DNA of 64,000 nt from assembly GCA_051294905.1 (NCBI GenBank), contig CM119379.1, forward strand, positions 1,178,001-1,242,000, read 5' to 3'. The notes beneath the pieces were generated by a model. That model was not told where the DNA came from. It searched no databases and saw nothing but the letters and a program-made list of their open reading frames with translations. How positions within the stretch are numbered: position 1 is the stretch's first letter; each line of letters starts with the position of its first letter. Shown one piece after another: positions 37,601 through 49,600 of this stretch. Source of the stretch: Botryllus schlosseri. Lineage: Eukaryota. A program made the position numbers and the translations under genes.

Positions 37601-40600
37601 TCAGTAGTTTCCAATTTTTTTTTGGCTTGTGGCGCACTAGAAAAATTAGAAAACACTCTCGGCACGCTTGTAAGAAACTTTTTCTGAAAAAAAAAACAAT
37701 ACGCAGTGATGTGATGGCTATATATATGCGTATTCATTTGAACATATACGACCAGAAGTGGTCATGCAGTAACGAAGTACTTCTACTTTTTGAAGTAGGC
37801 TACTTGAAGTAGATTTTGCCTACTCGCACTACTTATTGAGTAGTTATGATTTTAGACTAATTATATTTCTACTTGACAGTTTTCAGCTTTTTAGGCAAAA
37901 ATAGGCGTAGAATATCTACTTACTTACTTGTGAGCCACCACTTCTACTTGAGTAGAAATTCCGGCGTTACTTCTACTTCTACTTGAGTGGCGACGGTGAC
38001 TACTTTGACCGCCTATGCATACGACTGAATAAAGATTGAAACGAGGCTGCATCCATGGTAGAGGATTTGAAAGTGACAGCCATAACGCATCCATTTTGTG
38101 GAAACAGCGTTTTAAAAATGGGGCGTTTCGTAAATCAATGAGTTGCTCTTCTACAGAAACATTGCTTGATTCAATGCTTCTAAATGGACTAACGGGTAAC
38201 TATAGCTTTAAGGTTCTGAACAACAAATCCCGAGTAATATTGCATTGATAGTTGAAGCCGGTGTGCTCACGTTTTGCGGTGTAATTCGTTGTTTATGAGT
38301 TTATTCATCAGGAGCGTAAAACGAATTAAAGATTTTATTCGACATATAGCAGTTTTATTATGATAAGCAACTCCTCTTCAATGCCGTGATTGGTTCCATT
38401 GAAATGTTTACATATGCTTATTTATCACTTATGAAGCAGTCAGAGCGCTTTCAAGTCGCATGGTAGCCTGCATGCCTCGTTTTAATGACATATTAAGATT
38501 TTTTCCAAAACAAAAAGTTTCGCGGCACACCTGAGAATCTGTGGCGGCCCACTAATGTGCCGCGGCACACAGTTTGGGAATCACTGGCGTACATGGACAT
38601 TGTACATCAGCACACAGGGGGTCATAGGTCAGTTTCAGTGACTTAGCGATGTCACATCTGTGGAACTCACTATCTTTTGCGGATATGAGCCTCAAATCCA
38701 TATCATGCATGAAATCATCTGCTGTCATGTCCAATAAATGTTTCTTGTGGTGATTGTTGTGATTGTCTAAGCGCTGATTACTGTAATTAGTTCACTTCAC
38801 CCTGTTCATTCCGTTCGTTACTCAGTTGCTTATATCTGTGTGCATGCCTTAATTCCGTGTAGTTGACAGTAGCCGAATTTCAGTTAATAAAAACCTAGAA
38901 AGCTTTCAAGCAGTATCGCCTACCTCTACCTACGCTTTCCTCGAAAGGTCACATCAATTTTATTAACTGCTATTCATACAATCGACTCTGGAATGACTTT
39001 CTCTCGAGAGAAGTATATCTGCGTGCCGGTTCTAGAATTGTTACCGAACACTTGAGACTCTTCAAAGGTATTCAACCACTGGTGCAAAATGTTGACAAGC
39101 TTCTTATCGGCTGCAGAGGCTTCTCTGCCATCGACCAGCGGTACGGACACTGGACAACAATCTAGCAGTTCTTGTGGTCACAGCGGCGTAGCTGTCGATA
39201 AGTTAGCTATTTTGACTGGTTAGATATCGCCAAGCGTGTACGCTTTAATCGAAGATCATGCCATGGCACACTTGAATCTGCCATGGGGCACCTGTTCAAG
39301 CTATATCGAAAGAAAAAGAATATGCTGTATGCTAGACGTCTACTAGCAACTGCTAAGCAAGACTCCAGTGTAGTGGTTCTCAACCGGGGGTCCGCGGACA
39401 CCTAGGGGTTCGCGAAGCCTCTAAATCTCAAAAATTGATAATACCCCAATTTATATTTTTTAATTACATTTTTTAATTAGGAAAAGCATGAGACAGTTTT
39501 GTTTCGTAATTGCTAAAACTTCAGGACTCACATCATCAGTATAGTCGTCTGATAAAAGAATATCCTACTGTCAAAACTCATTTTAATTGCCGAATTCCCA
39601 ATAGCCTACTGAAATTCCTGATTTTTTTCCTAATCCCTCCCAATGAAGGGATTGAATCCATGCTGCGACATCCATTTTTCCTGTGATATACATAACCACT
39701 ATTCCAGAATAACTTTAGGATAAGATGCTAGATAGAAATGACCATAGGCTGGACGTTACATATGTTCCTTAAATACTCGTGTTTCTCAACTTTGGTGCCA
39801 TATATATTGCGATCACACACAAAGGTGTCGTCGGAACCAATACGCGGTAATATTATATTCATAAGCATCTATCTTTGTGGAAATATCTTCGGCACTCGTT
39901 CGTATCAAATCGAAGACGGGGATTTTCAATACACTAAATACAACTGTAAAATTTGCTTCGAAATACTAACAGTCCGCCTATACATATAGTTTAATACAGG
40001 GGTTCTAAACTTTCCTTGTATAACGGGCCGCATTTTAACAGCAAAAGACGCTGCGGGCCGCAGAACTATGTTACCTTGCATTCATGGGCTACTATTAAAT
40101 TTAGGCTATTGTAGCCGATTTACCAGTCGTATACCGGCATTTAGTACATTTCTATGCATTATAAAGTAACAATGAACAGCGTTCGTAAGTTTGCAGCTGC
40201 TGCTTGTGAGAATGTGAATCTTCTAGCGTCGCATGTAAATCCCTTCATGGAGCGAGCATTACATTCGTTGTCAAGTCGGTATACTCAACTTCAAATCCTT
40301 CCACCAGAGAGCCGAACTCTTTGTTTCAATGCGTGGGCGAGCAAGTATAAAATTACTATAACTTTTGCGTTACAGAGACCATTATCACATTGCGCTCTGA
40401 GTGATATGAGAAGAAATCTGGTGTTTGGGGGCATTTCTGAGCAAAACAATCAACATTTCTCCTTTCCGTTCATGCCTAGGGCACTGTACCAAAAGTTACA
40501 GAAGTCAGCTTTGTCAAGTTGATATTTTTCGCTGGTCCCCTCCCCACGTTTGCCCAGCCAGTATTTCTCTGCATATATGTCCACTAGGGCTGTTCAAAAA

Positions 40601-43600
40601 TAACCTTTTTTCCTAAATCTTGCGGGCTACGTGATTAAATCGTTGCCTTAAAAAACGACGCACACCAAATTTGAATTCTTTCCAACCAATATTCGCGGTT
40701 TACGTAGAGTTTGAAAATTTTGAATTTGCCCAGAAACGCCAAAAAAAATTTGTTTCAAATTTTTCTGCCAACCCCATGGAATTGTTAGGCTGTCTTCAAA
40801 GACTATCCAAAATAAATTTGACTCAATTCCAAGCCGTAGAAGCGGAGTTATTCCAGTTTTTTGATGAAAATTCTGGGATTATCCACCGATCAAGGATATC
40901 CCAGAATTATCAAAGAAAAACTGATATAACTCCACTTCTACGGCTTGGAATTGAGTCAGATTTGTTTTGCATAGTCTTTGAAGATAGCCCAACAATATCA
41001 TGGGGTTGGCAGAAAAATTTGAAAACAAAAATTTTGGCGTTTCTGGGCAAATTCAAAATTTTCAAACTCTACGTAAACCGCGAATAGTGGTTGGAAGGAA
41101 TTCAAATTTGGTGTGCGTCGTTTTTTAAGGCAACCTAACGATTTAATCACGTAGCCCGCAAGATTAAGGAAAAAAGTAGGGATGGTGTGAACGCGAGGTT
41201 CACGTTCGCGTTCTGTGTGTGAACCTCGGAAATTTAGAGGTTCACGTTCACAAACGAACCTTGGTAGGTTCTGCACTGTGAACCTTTTTCATATATTACA
41301 ATTTTCACATCATTATAACATCTTTGGTTGAAATTTATTGCATTTCAACTGCGGACCACTCTATGCGTGGCGCTGGCAGCATAACAAAAAATGGACACTA
41401 AACGAGCATACCTCTTGATAATCACAAAAATTTTACGTGCTTTGTTACAAAACTTTGCTCGAAATATCCAGCTTTCCATTTGTGAATATTCAGTGGCTCT
41501 CTGCTGTGAGCTTGACCCACAATGACACAACATCAAGGGCAAAATACACTACATGTAGTCAGCGAATGATGCTTATTAAACCAATCAATGGAATTGATAT
41601 CGTCGTCTGATGGAAAATATCTTGCAGGTGTACGGTGTCAATCTTGACTTCATATGTTTATTGTATCATAACAACAGAATCCACGCTATTGGGATGTTGG
41701 TATGCTACAGCTGTATAACTTGTTAATGGGGTAATATCGGTAGTAAGTATAGAAACTCGTTTTACACTCTGCTCAATATCAACGTCGCAATACTCAGACG
41801 CCGAATGCATTGTCCGGTCTGGCCTAGACCGTTAAGCTTATATTCCCTTGCAACTCCTCGTCGAAATTGTTGGCAAAGCGACGAAAGAGATTGATTTTAT
41901 GGGATTATTATATCATTTGATTGCCCCAGTCGATATGTTTGGCGACGTTTAAAACGGTAATAGGTACTTCAGCATTGTGGCATTATGTGGCCCGAGATAT
42001 CGCTAGGTATCGTGTAGAATAATATAGACTATCACTTCGCTGAAATGTTGGGTTGTAATTAGCAATATGACGTCACGTGACGTCATGAGGTTCACGTTCG
42101 CGTTCACACAGAACCTTTCAAAAAGGTTCGCGTTCACACGAACCTGAACCTTTCAGAGGTTCACACCATCCCTAGAAAAAAGGTTATTTTTGAACAGCCC
42201 TAATGTCCACTCTGATGAAATTCAACCAGATAATTAGTTATACAATGTCGGTGGATTCATCCAAGGCTGCGTAAAAGTAGTCTACGCGGCAACGTGTTTC
42301 AGAACAGGCGACAAAAGATTGACTGATATTGATGTTACTCGTCTGGTCAAGATTGAATCAGACGATTGCATCTTCGAAATTTGTCTGGTGATGTTGTCCT
42401 TGCTGCTAAGCTCCGCAAACAGCAAATATTCGCAAAGTATGTTACGATTTTATTGAAATCACACCTTCTATATCAGATTTCTTGGGTTTAGCGATATTCG
42501 AAGCAATTTTAAACGATGCGTCTGTAACGTCGTCGGCAATCTCAACAACCGTTCGCAGTGAGTCCAACACTCTTTAAAATTGCAGGCCAACTAAGAAGCG
42601 GGATTCTCTTGAACCAGAGTCCAGCCGAATAATGATTCAAAACAATAACAATCTGAAGTCGAGCATATATCAAGAAACGAGAGCACATTGAAGCAGTGGT
42701 TCTCAAACATTTTTAGTCACGCCCCCCCCCCTTTTTGATAGGGAAAAATTTCGTGCCCCCTTATCGTCATATAACAAAATGCAACCAGAATGCTAGCAAT
42801 ACAAACGGCTAGTTTGATGGCATGGAAGGTTATAGCCGTTGATCAGAGAATTCTCAAATATGAAATTCGGACTATACACAAAGAAATAACAGTGAATTAG
42901 GGCTAAATTGCGCGCAGCGCGAAATTTTTTTCAGGTGACCGCACCTTCGCGCCCCCTTCAGATGCTTCACGCACCAAAGAGGGCGCGTGCCCCCAGTTTG
43001 AGAACCACTGTCTTCAAGAAGGAGTAATCAAACGAAACAGAGACGGTGCGATAAAAGAGCTAAGTATCTAAATTAATTTGTAACAATACCGTGTCATTAG
43101 TAATTGCGTTTATAATGAAAGATGTCGCGGGCCACAAAATATACGTCTGCGGGCCGCGGGTTGAGAACCCCTGGTCTAATATGATGTTATTTTCACGAAA
43201 AGTTATTTTGTTGGTGTTTCTCACAAGCCTACAGTAAAAACACGAGACAGATGATGGTTGCTCGATAACTGGGCTAATTTTGAACGAAAACTTGTGGGGG
43301 TACGCGGAGGTCCGTGAAGGTCCAAAGGGGGTCCGCAAAGACAAAAAGGTTGAGTAGGCCTACCACTGCTCTAGTGCAGTGGTTCTCAATCGGGGGTCCG
43401 CGAGACCTCTAAATTTACAAAATGATTGATAACCTAATTTTCATTTTTTTTAATTAAGGAAATCATAGGCAGTTTTCCTCCATAACTGCTAAAACCTCAT
43501 TATTGGCATCATCAAAATAATCGTTTGACATGAAATATCCTACGGTGAAAATTCATTTTAACTGCCAAATTGCCAATGACCTACTGATACAAACATATTG

Positions 43601-46600
43601 CTGTTTGGAAACGTTTTTTGGGGGTTTGTAAAAAAATAAGAATATGGAGATAGTAAGTTCAATCAGGTTGACTTCATAATGTTTGAGAAACCTTTTCGGC
43701 TTAAAGTTGTCAGTGTCATCAAATTAGTGAACAGTCGTTTGAAATATAAATTCCTGAAGTAGGCCTATTTCCCTAATTTTTCCCAATGAAAGGATTTAAA
43801 CCAGGCCATGACATCCATTTTATCCTGTTATATACATAACCATTATTCCAGAATAACTTCAAGATGAGATGCTAGATAAAAATGACTAGGCTGGACGTGA
43901 TATGTTCATTAACAATATGTTTCTTCGTTATGGTGCCATAAATGTTGTAAATACACCAAAAGAGTCGTCGGAAGCGCTATAGGCGTTAATATTACATTAG
44001 CCTCCATATATCTTTGCGGAAATGGATTTTCGGCACTCGCTCTAATCAAATCGAAGACGCGGACTTTCAAGACCACGTTCTTCAAGAAATACTGCTGCAA
44101 AATTAGCTTTGAAATAATAAAAGTCTACCAATTTTTACGTGAATAGTGCGATGTTATTTTCAAGAAAAGTCATTTTGTTGCTGTTTATCACTGCCTACGG
44201 TTAATAATTGCACAAGACAGATGACGGTCGCACCATAGTGTCATATATAATATAGAGTTATCTTCGAATTCGAATACTGTCATTGTAATGACTAGCACAG
44301 GCCGGATAATTCATTTAATGTTGACAGATTGCAGAGTTAAACGCTGTGACCTGGTTATAGGAAGTAGAGTCAACCGCTTCCCTACACCGACGAACAAGTG
44401 CAGAACGATGGATAGGTTTGTTTACTGACCTAATCGATTTAGGCACATGTTGGTTCACTCGTTCAGCCAACCGCAAAGACGTGCGACCCACATACCGACT
44501 ATCACAGTGGCATTGTAGTTTATATGCAATAATACTTGTTTGTAAAGTGGCGAGATAGCGCAGTGGTATAATCCGCGGCTGCAACTCCAATGGGTGCGGG
44601 TACGAGTCCGACTTAGGTCGACTTCCGAATTCCGATACCTAAGTGTTGGAGGTTTACCTAGGCTCCTCCTCGCCACCTCATCCGCGTCAGCGGTGTCTTA
44701 CAAAAGCCTAGAGGTGGGCCGTGCTATAAGTCGGCAGTTACGGAAAAATAAGAAGAATATCGGGCCTGGTGTAAATGACCATAGTAGTCGACAAACACCA
44801 GGAATACCCCAAAACAAACAAACAAACTTGTTTATTGTAAAGCAGGAAGCACATCCTTGCGGGTTTGAGGCATGAGCGGTCTAGTGATGAACACCACTCG
44901 GGTATTCAGCAAAAAATAGCACGATTGCACTGATGACCGGATCTGATTAGAAAAACGGTCTGACACTGACCCAAGCCTAGAGAGATGTATGTATACTGGG
45001 CATTTGGCTGGTCTATGAATCAGAGGCTGTTTGAATTGCCACATTTCCTTTGTGATGGCTCATCTTGATCGACAATGGATATCCAGATTACGCAATTGAG
45101 TCTGCCATCACAAAGAAAATGTGGCAATTCAAACAGCCGCTTATTCATGGACCAGACATTGTCGTAATAACTATGACCGTAAAGAGTTGCTGACATTCCG
45201 ATGTCTTACACTGTAATATACGGATTCACTTGTGAGAAATTAATTCTCAATCTATGATGGACCGTGTATTCAAATGTCGTACACTCAAAACAGAATATGT
45301 TCATGTCAGGTCGTATATGCATTCGTATACGAATTACTTTGTGTTACAGAATGGGAGTAACGACTTTTACAGTTGAATAAGAAAAGTCAAGTCGTCGGAA
45401 TATGAATACAACCAGGATGAATTAATCAAGTTTGCAAGCTGTAGTGATATAATCAGGTAAGTGAATATTGGATTCAGCACTTGCGAATGTGTTTTTGTGA
45501 TTCACTCTTTTGAGCATGGTGAGATGTTGAAATCGACTAGCGATTACATTTCAAGTTACGACAAAAATTGCTAGATCGCTAATAAAGTTGTAGGATTTCA
45601 TGAGTTTGCGTGTTTCAAATCAATATGTGAACATTACAAGTGAGAAACGCTTTTCGTATTAACAGGGCCGTAACAGCACTTCGTCAGCCCCCCCCCCCAA
45701 ATGTTGGTCCAGGGCCCCCCATAGGGTGAAAAACCGAACTTCTGGGGGGCTTCGCCCCCCAGACCTCCCTCAGGCTATACGATGTTTACCGCTACGTATC
45801 ATATACTTTGGGTGTCCGTTTAGTGAAGGGGTTCTCAACTTCCTTGTATAACGGGCCGCATTTTAACAGCAAAAGACGCTGCGGGCCGCAGAACGATATA
45901 CGATGTATTTGTGGGCTACTATTAAATTTAGGCTACTCTAGCCTATTTACCAGTCGTATGCGGGCATTTAGTACATTTTCATGCATTATAAAGTATAAAT
46001 GGACAGCGTTCGTAAGTTTGCAGCACCTGCTTGTTGTGATAATATGATCTTATACAGGCGCAAGTAAATCTTTTCATGAAGCGTGCATTGCATTCGTTGC
46101 CAAGTCGGTATATGCAGCTTCAAATCCTACCACCAGCAAGAACCGAACTCTCTGTTTCAATGCGTGAGCGAGCAAGTATAAATTACGGTAACTTTTGCGT
46201 CACAGAGGCCATTATCACATTGAGCTCTGAGTGATATGAGAAGAAGTCTGGCGTTTGGGGCCATTTCTGAGCAAACCAATCAACCCTTCTCATTTCTTTC
46301 CATGCCTGGGGCCCTGCACCAATAGTTACAGAAGCCAGCTTTCTAAAGTTTTTCGCTCCCCTCCCCGTTTGCCCAGCCAGCATTTCCTCTCCATATATGT
46401 CAACTCTGATAAAAATTCATCCAGATAATTAGTTATGCAAAGTCGGTGGATTCGTCCGAGGATGAGTTAAAGTATACGCGGCAACGTGTTTAACAACATG
46501 CGATAAAAGATCGACTGGCATTGATGTTACTCGTCTGGTCAAGATTGAATCGGAACACTGTATCTTAGAAATTCGTCAGGTGATGTTGCCCTTGCTGCTA

Positions 46601-49600
46601 AGTTCCGGAAACAGCAAATATTCGCACATAATGTTAGGGTTTTATTGAAATCACACCCTCTATAGCAGATTTCTTGGATTTAGCCATATTCCAAGCAATT
46701 TTGAACGATGCGTCTGTAACATATAGTCGGCAATCTCAACAACCGTTCGCAGTGAGTCAAACACTCTTTAAAAGTGTAGGCCTCCTATCAAAGCACCGAG
46801 TCGTTCAGACAGAGTCGCTTTGTCTTTTCATTATCTAACCGTAGCAGTTAAGCACCAATAGATACACTAGTCAGAGTAGTCTAGTCAGTAGTTCTCCAAT
46901 TCCTCTTGTAGGAAATGGAGAACATGGACGCAGAAACGTCTAGTCGTATGAAGCGCAAGAAGTGTAGCGTTAAGGAAGCTGAGAGTGACTCCGATGAAAA
47001 TCGAAATGGCGCTAAGGTTATAGCTAGAGACTATGCAACTACGCCTAACAATCCAGATCCTTGTCCTAAAGTAACATCTCCTTCGCAAGTATCTTCTGCC
47101 GTACCGTCTTCCATCCCTGTCTCGGGAAATCTCAAGGTTTTGCTCAGTGGAGAGGGTAGACTAATGAAATCGTATCATCCAGACTTGGTTAATAAGGCAC
47201 TTCATGCGTCAATAGGCAGCTATGCTGATATCAAGGTTCTTCGCTCGGGTGACATCCTTATCACTTGTAACAACGAAAAGCAAGCAAAGCAGCTCCTTGA
47301 TTGCACCATTTTGAAGTCAGCATCGACAACCATTAAAATTAAGACATCAATCTTTCAACCCAGACCATACGTAAGTCGCGCAGTTATCCCTGGAGTACCT
47401 GTCGAAATATCGGAACAGGAGCTCTTAGAGAGTTTTCGCAGCATGAATGTAATTCATGTTAAAAGGCTCACCAAAAAAACGAAAGATGGCACTGTTAGTA
47501 CAACTGCAGTTCTGCTGTCTTTCAGCACGGTCACGATTCCACCGCACGTGATGTTCCACTATCTTCGTTTTAAGACCAGACAATACAATCCACCGCCAAC
47601 GAGATGCTTCCAATGCAATCGCTTTGGGCATGTCGCCAAGCACTGCCGCGGAAAACGTTGCTGCTCCAAATGCGGTGGCCGTGATCACGCGTATGACGAC
47701 TGTTCAAACAACAAAAAATGTGTAAATTGCAACGAGGAACACAGCGCTGCATATGGTGGTTGCATCATATACAAGGAAGAAGTCAAATTTAATGCTCTTA
47801 GAGAGGGATATCATATGTCCCTCACACAACCACAACCCAAGGAAACTCCCGAGACCATGTCCGAGTACCATGAGTCGGTAATCGTAGACGATCCTGCCCC
47901 CAACAGACTTGACGTACACAGGATCTCAAAGCCATACCCGCAGCGGCTTAGTTATAAGAATATACTAACCCGTGGTCGGAGTTACAGGCCTACCACCCCA
48001 CAGCCCAACGATGGTGACCTGCGCCACTGGCGACAACCACCACCTGCTCGAACTGCTGCCAACCCCACAGTCGAAACCGCACCAAGCGGGCTTGCTTCTA
48101 TTGACCCCGTAGTCCTCCTTGCGCTCATTGCTGAAATCGTTAAGATAACTGTAAATGCTTGCAAATCTAGCGACAGTGGTACTGTTCTACATACTATTGT
48201 AGCAAAAGCTGCCAGCAAATATTTGGGATTTTCTGTTGACCCAATCTCTCTGAAAAATGTCACAAAAAGCTTTGGTGAGACCGAAGACACTCCCTCCCAG
48301 ACGTCAAATGGCACTTTAAATGGATAATCACAACTCTTTAGTCATTTTACAGTGGAACTGCAGGGGCATCTATCGCAAGCTACACGAATTTAAGCACTAC
48401 TTGTCAACCTTAACCATTCAACCAGACGTTATTCTTATTCAAGAATCCCATCTTGTCCAAAAGTACACACCAAAACTAGGGGGGTACCAACTATTCCGCC
48501 GTGATAAGACGGTGCACTCTGGCGGCATTGCCACTTTTGTTCGAGCATCGCTCAATGCGTCTCTTTCGAACAATGTCTCGTCAGTCGTTTTTGAGGTACT
48601 ATGTGTGCGAGTAGGGAACTTGAACATATGCAACGTTTACATACCCCCGGACTGTGAAACTACAGCTAGTGATTTTAGGATATTCGACTCTTTGTCATCA
48701 CGCTCCATTATATGCGGCGACTTCAATGCGCACCATTTTTCATGGAGCCACTCGACAAATGCACGTGGCAACCAACTCTGCGAAATAATGGATAGAAACG
48801 ACCTTGTCCTGTTGAATTCATCGTCACCCACTCGTATGAATATTGCGTGTGATGCCGTCCATCGCTGGTCACTTCTTGATCTGTCGATGTCGTCTCGGGA
48901 CATTGCGGCGAGATGTGCCACAACAGTAACCGACCAGCTCATCGGTAGTGATCACGTTGTAGTCCAGACCACATACAATAATAGGGCGTCGTGCAATTCA
49001 TCAAAACGTAGATGGGATTACAGTAAGGCGAACTGGTCAGCCTTCTCGGCTGCTGCGGATTTCCACCTCCAATCCAACTTCGTTCCTATGGGGGAAACTG
49101 AAGACCTTCACCGCCATTTCACAAATAGCCTACTTTTAGCGGCGGGAGAGTCGATCCCACGACCGAAAATATCAACGAAAATAGCCGTACCTTGGTGGAA
49201 CGTGGGATGTACCCGTGCTGTGCGCAGGAAAAGGGCTGCTTACTTGAAAATGAAACGTACGTTTCACATTCGAGATGTGATCGCCTTCAAACGTATGAGA
49301 GCCGAATGTCGAAAAACCATCCTTTCTGCTAAACGCAAATGTTGGGAGGATTTTTGTGGTACATATTGGACTCCCGTACGCAGATGGCGAAAGTCTGGCA
49401 CGTTATGAAATCTATGTCGGGAGTGCATACGTTCAATTCCATACCAACGCTGAAGTCGAACGGGTCTATTTCTCAAAATAACAAAACCAAAGCTAATACA
49501 CTGGCTTCACACTTCGCAAAAACGAGCAGCTCCGACAACTACCCAGCAGGATTTCGTATAACGAAGGCTAACTTTGAAAACACGGTTCATCTTACCGCTG

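Larger units (their letters stand above)
39997..43173 (-). mobile_element. hAT (Buster/SPIN-like) deletion derivative, copy A
   Basis: TIR CAGGGGTTCT and TSD GT(T/C)TAATA. Minus-strand transposase relic LDESTD at 42247-42264. Confidence 0.85.
39371..43368. mobile_element. hAT non-autonomous element (outer shell of nest A)
   Basis: (C/T)AGTGGTTCTCAA / CCACTG ends and TSD CTC(C/T)AGTG. A second, right-truncated copy starts immediately at 43377. Confidence 0.8.

Noticed and set aside
38552-38734. ORF containing LTYDPLC as an SLC5A7 exon
   Set aside because: The true exon (37275-37395) is already accounted for, and there are no compatible splice sites or further similarity.
40671-41276. Pair of similar ORFs on opposite strands
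   Set aside because: They are mirror translations of a palindromic MITE.
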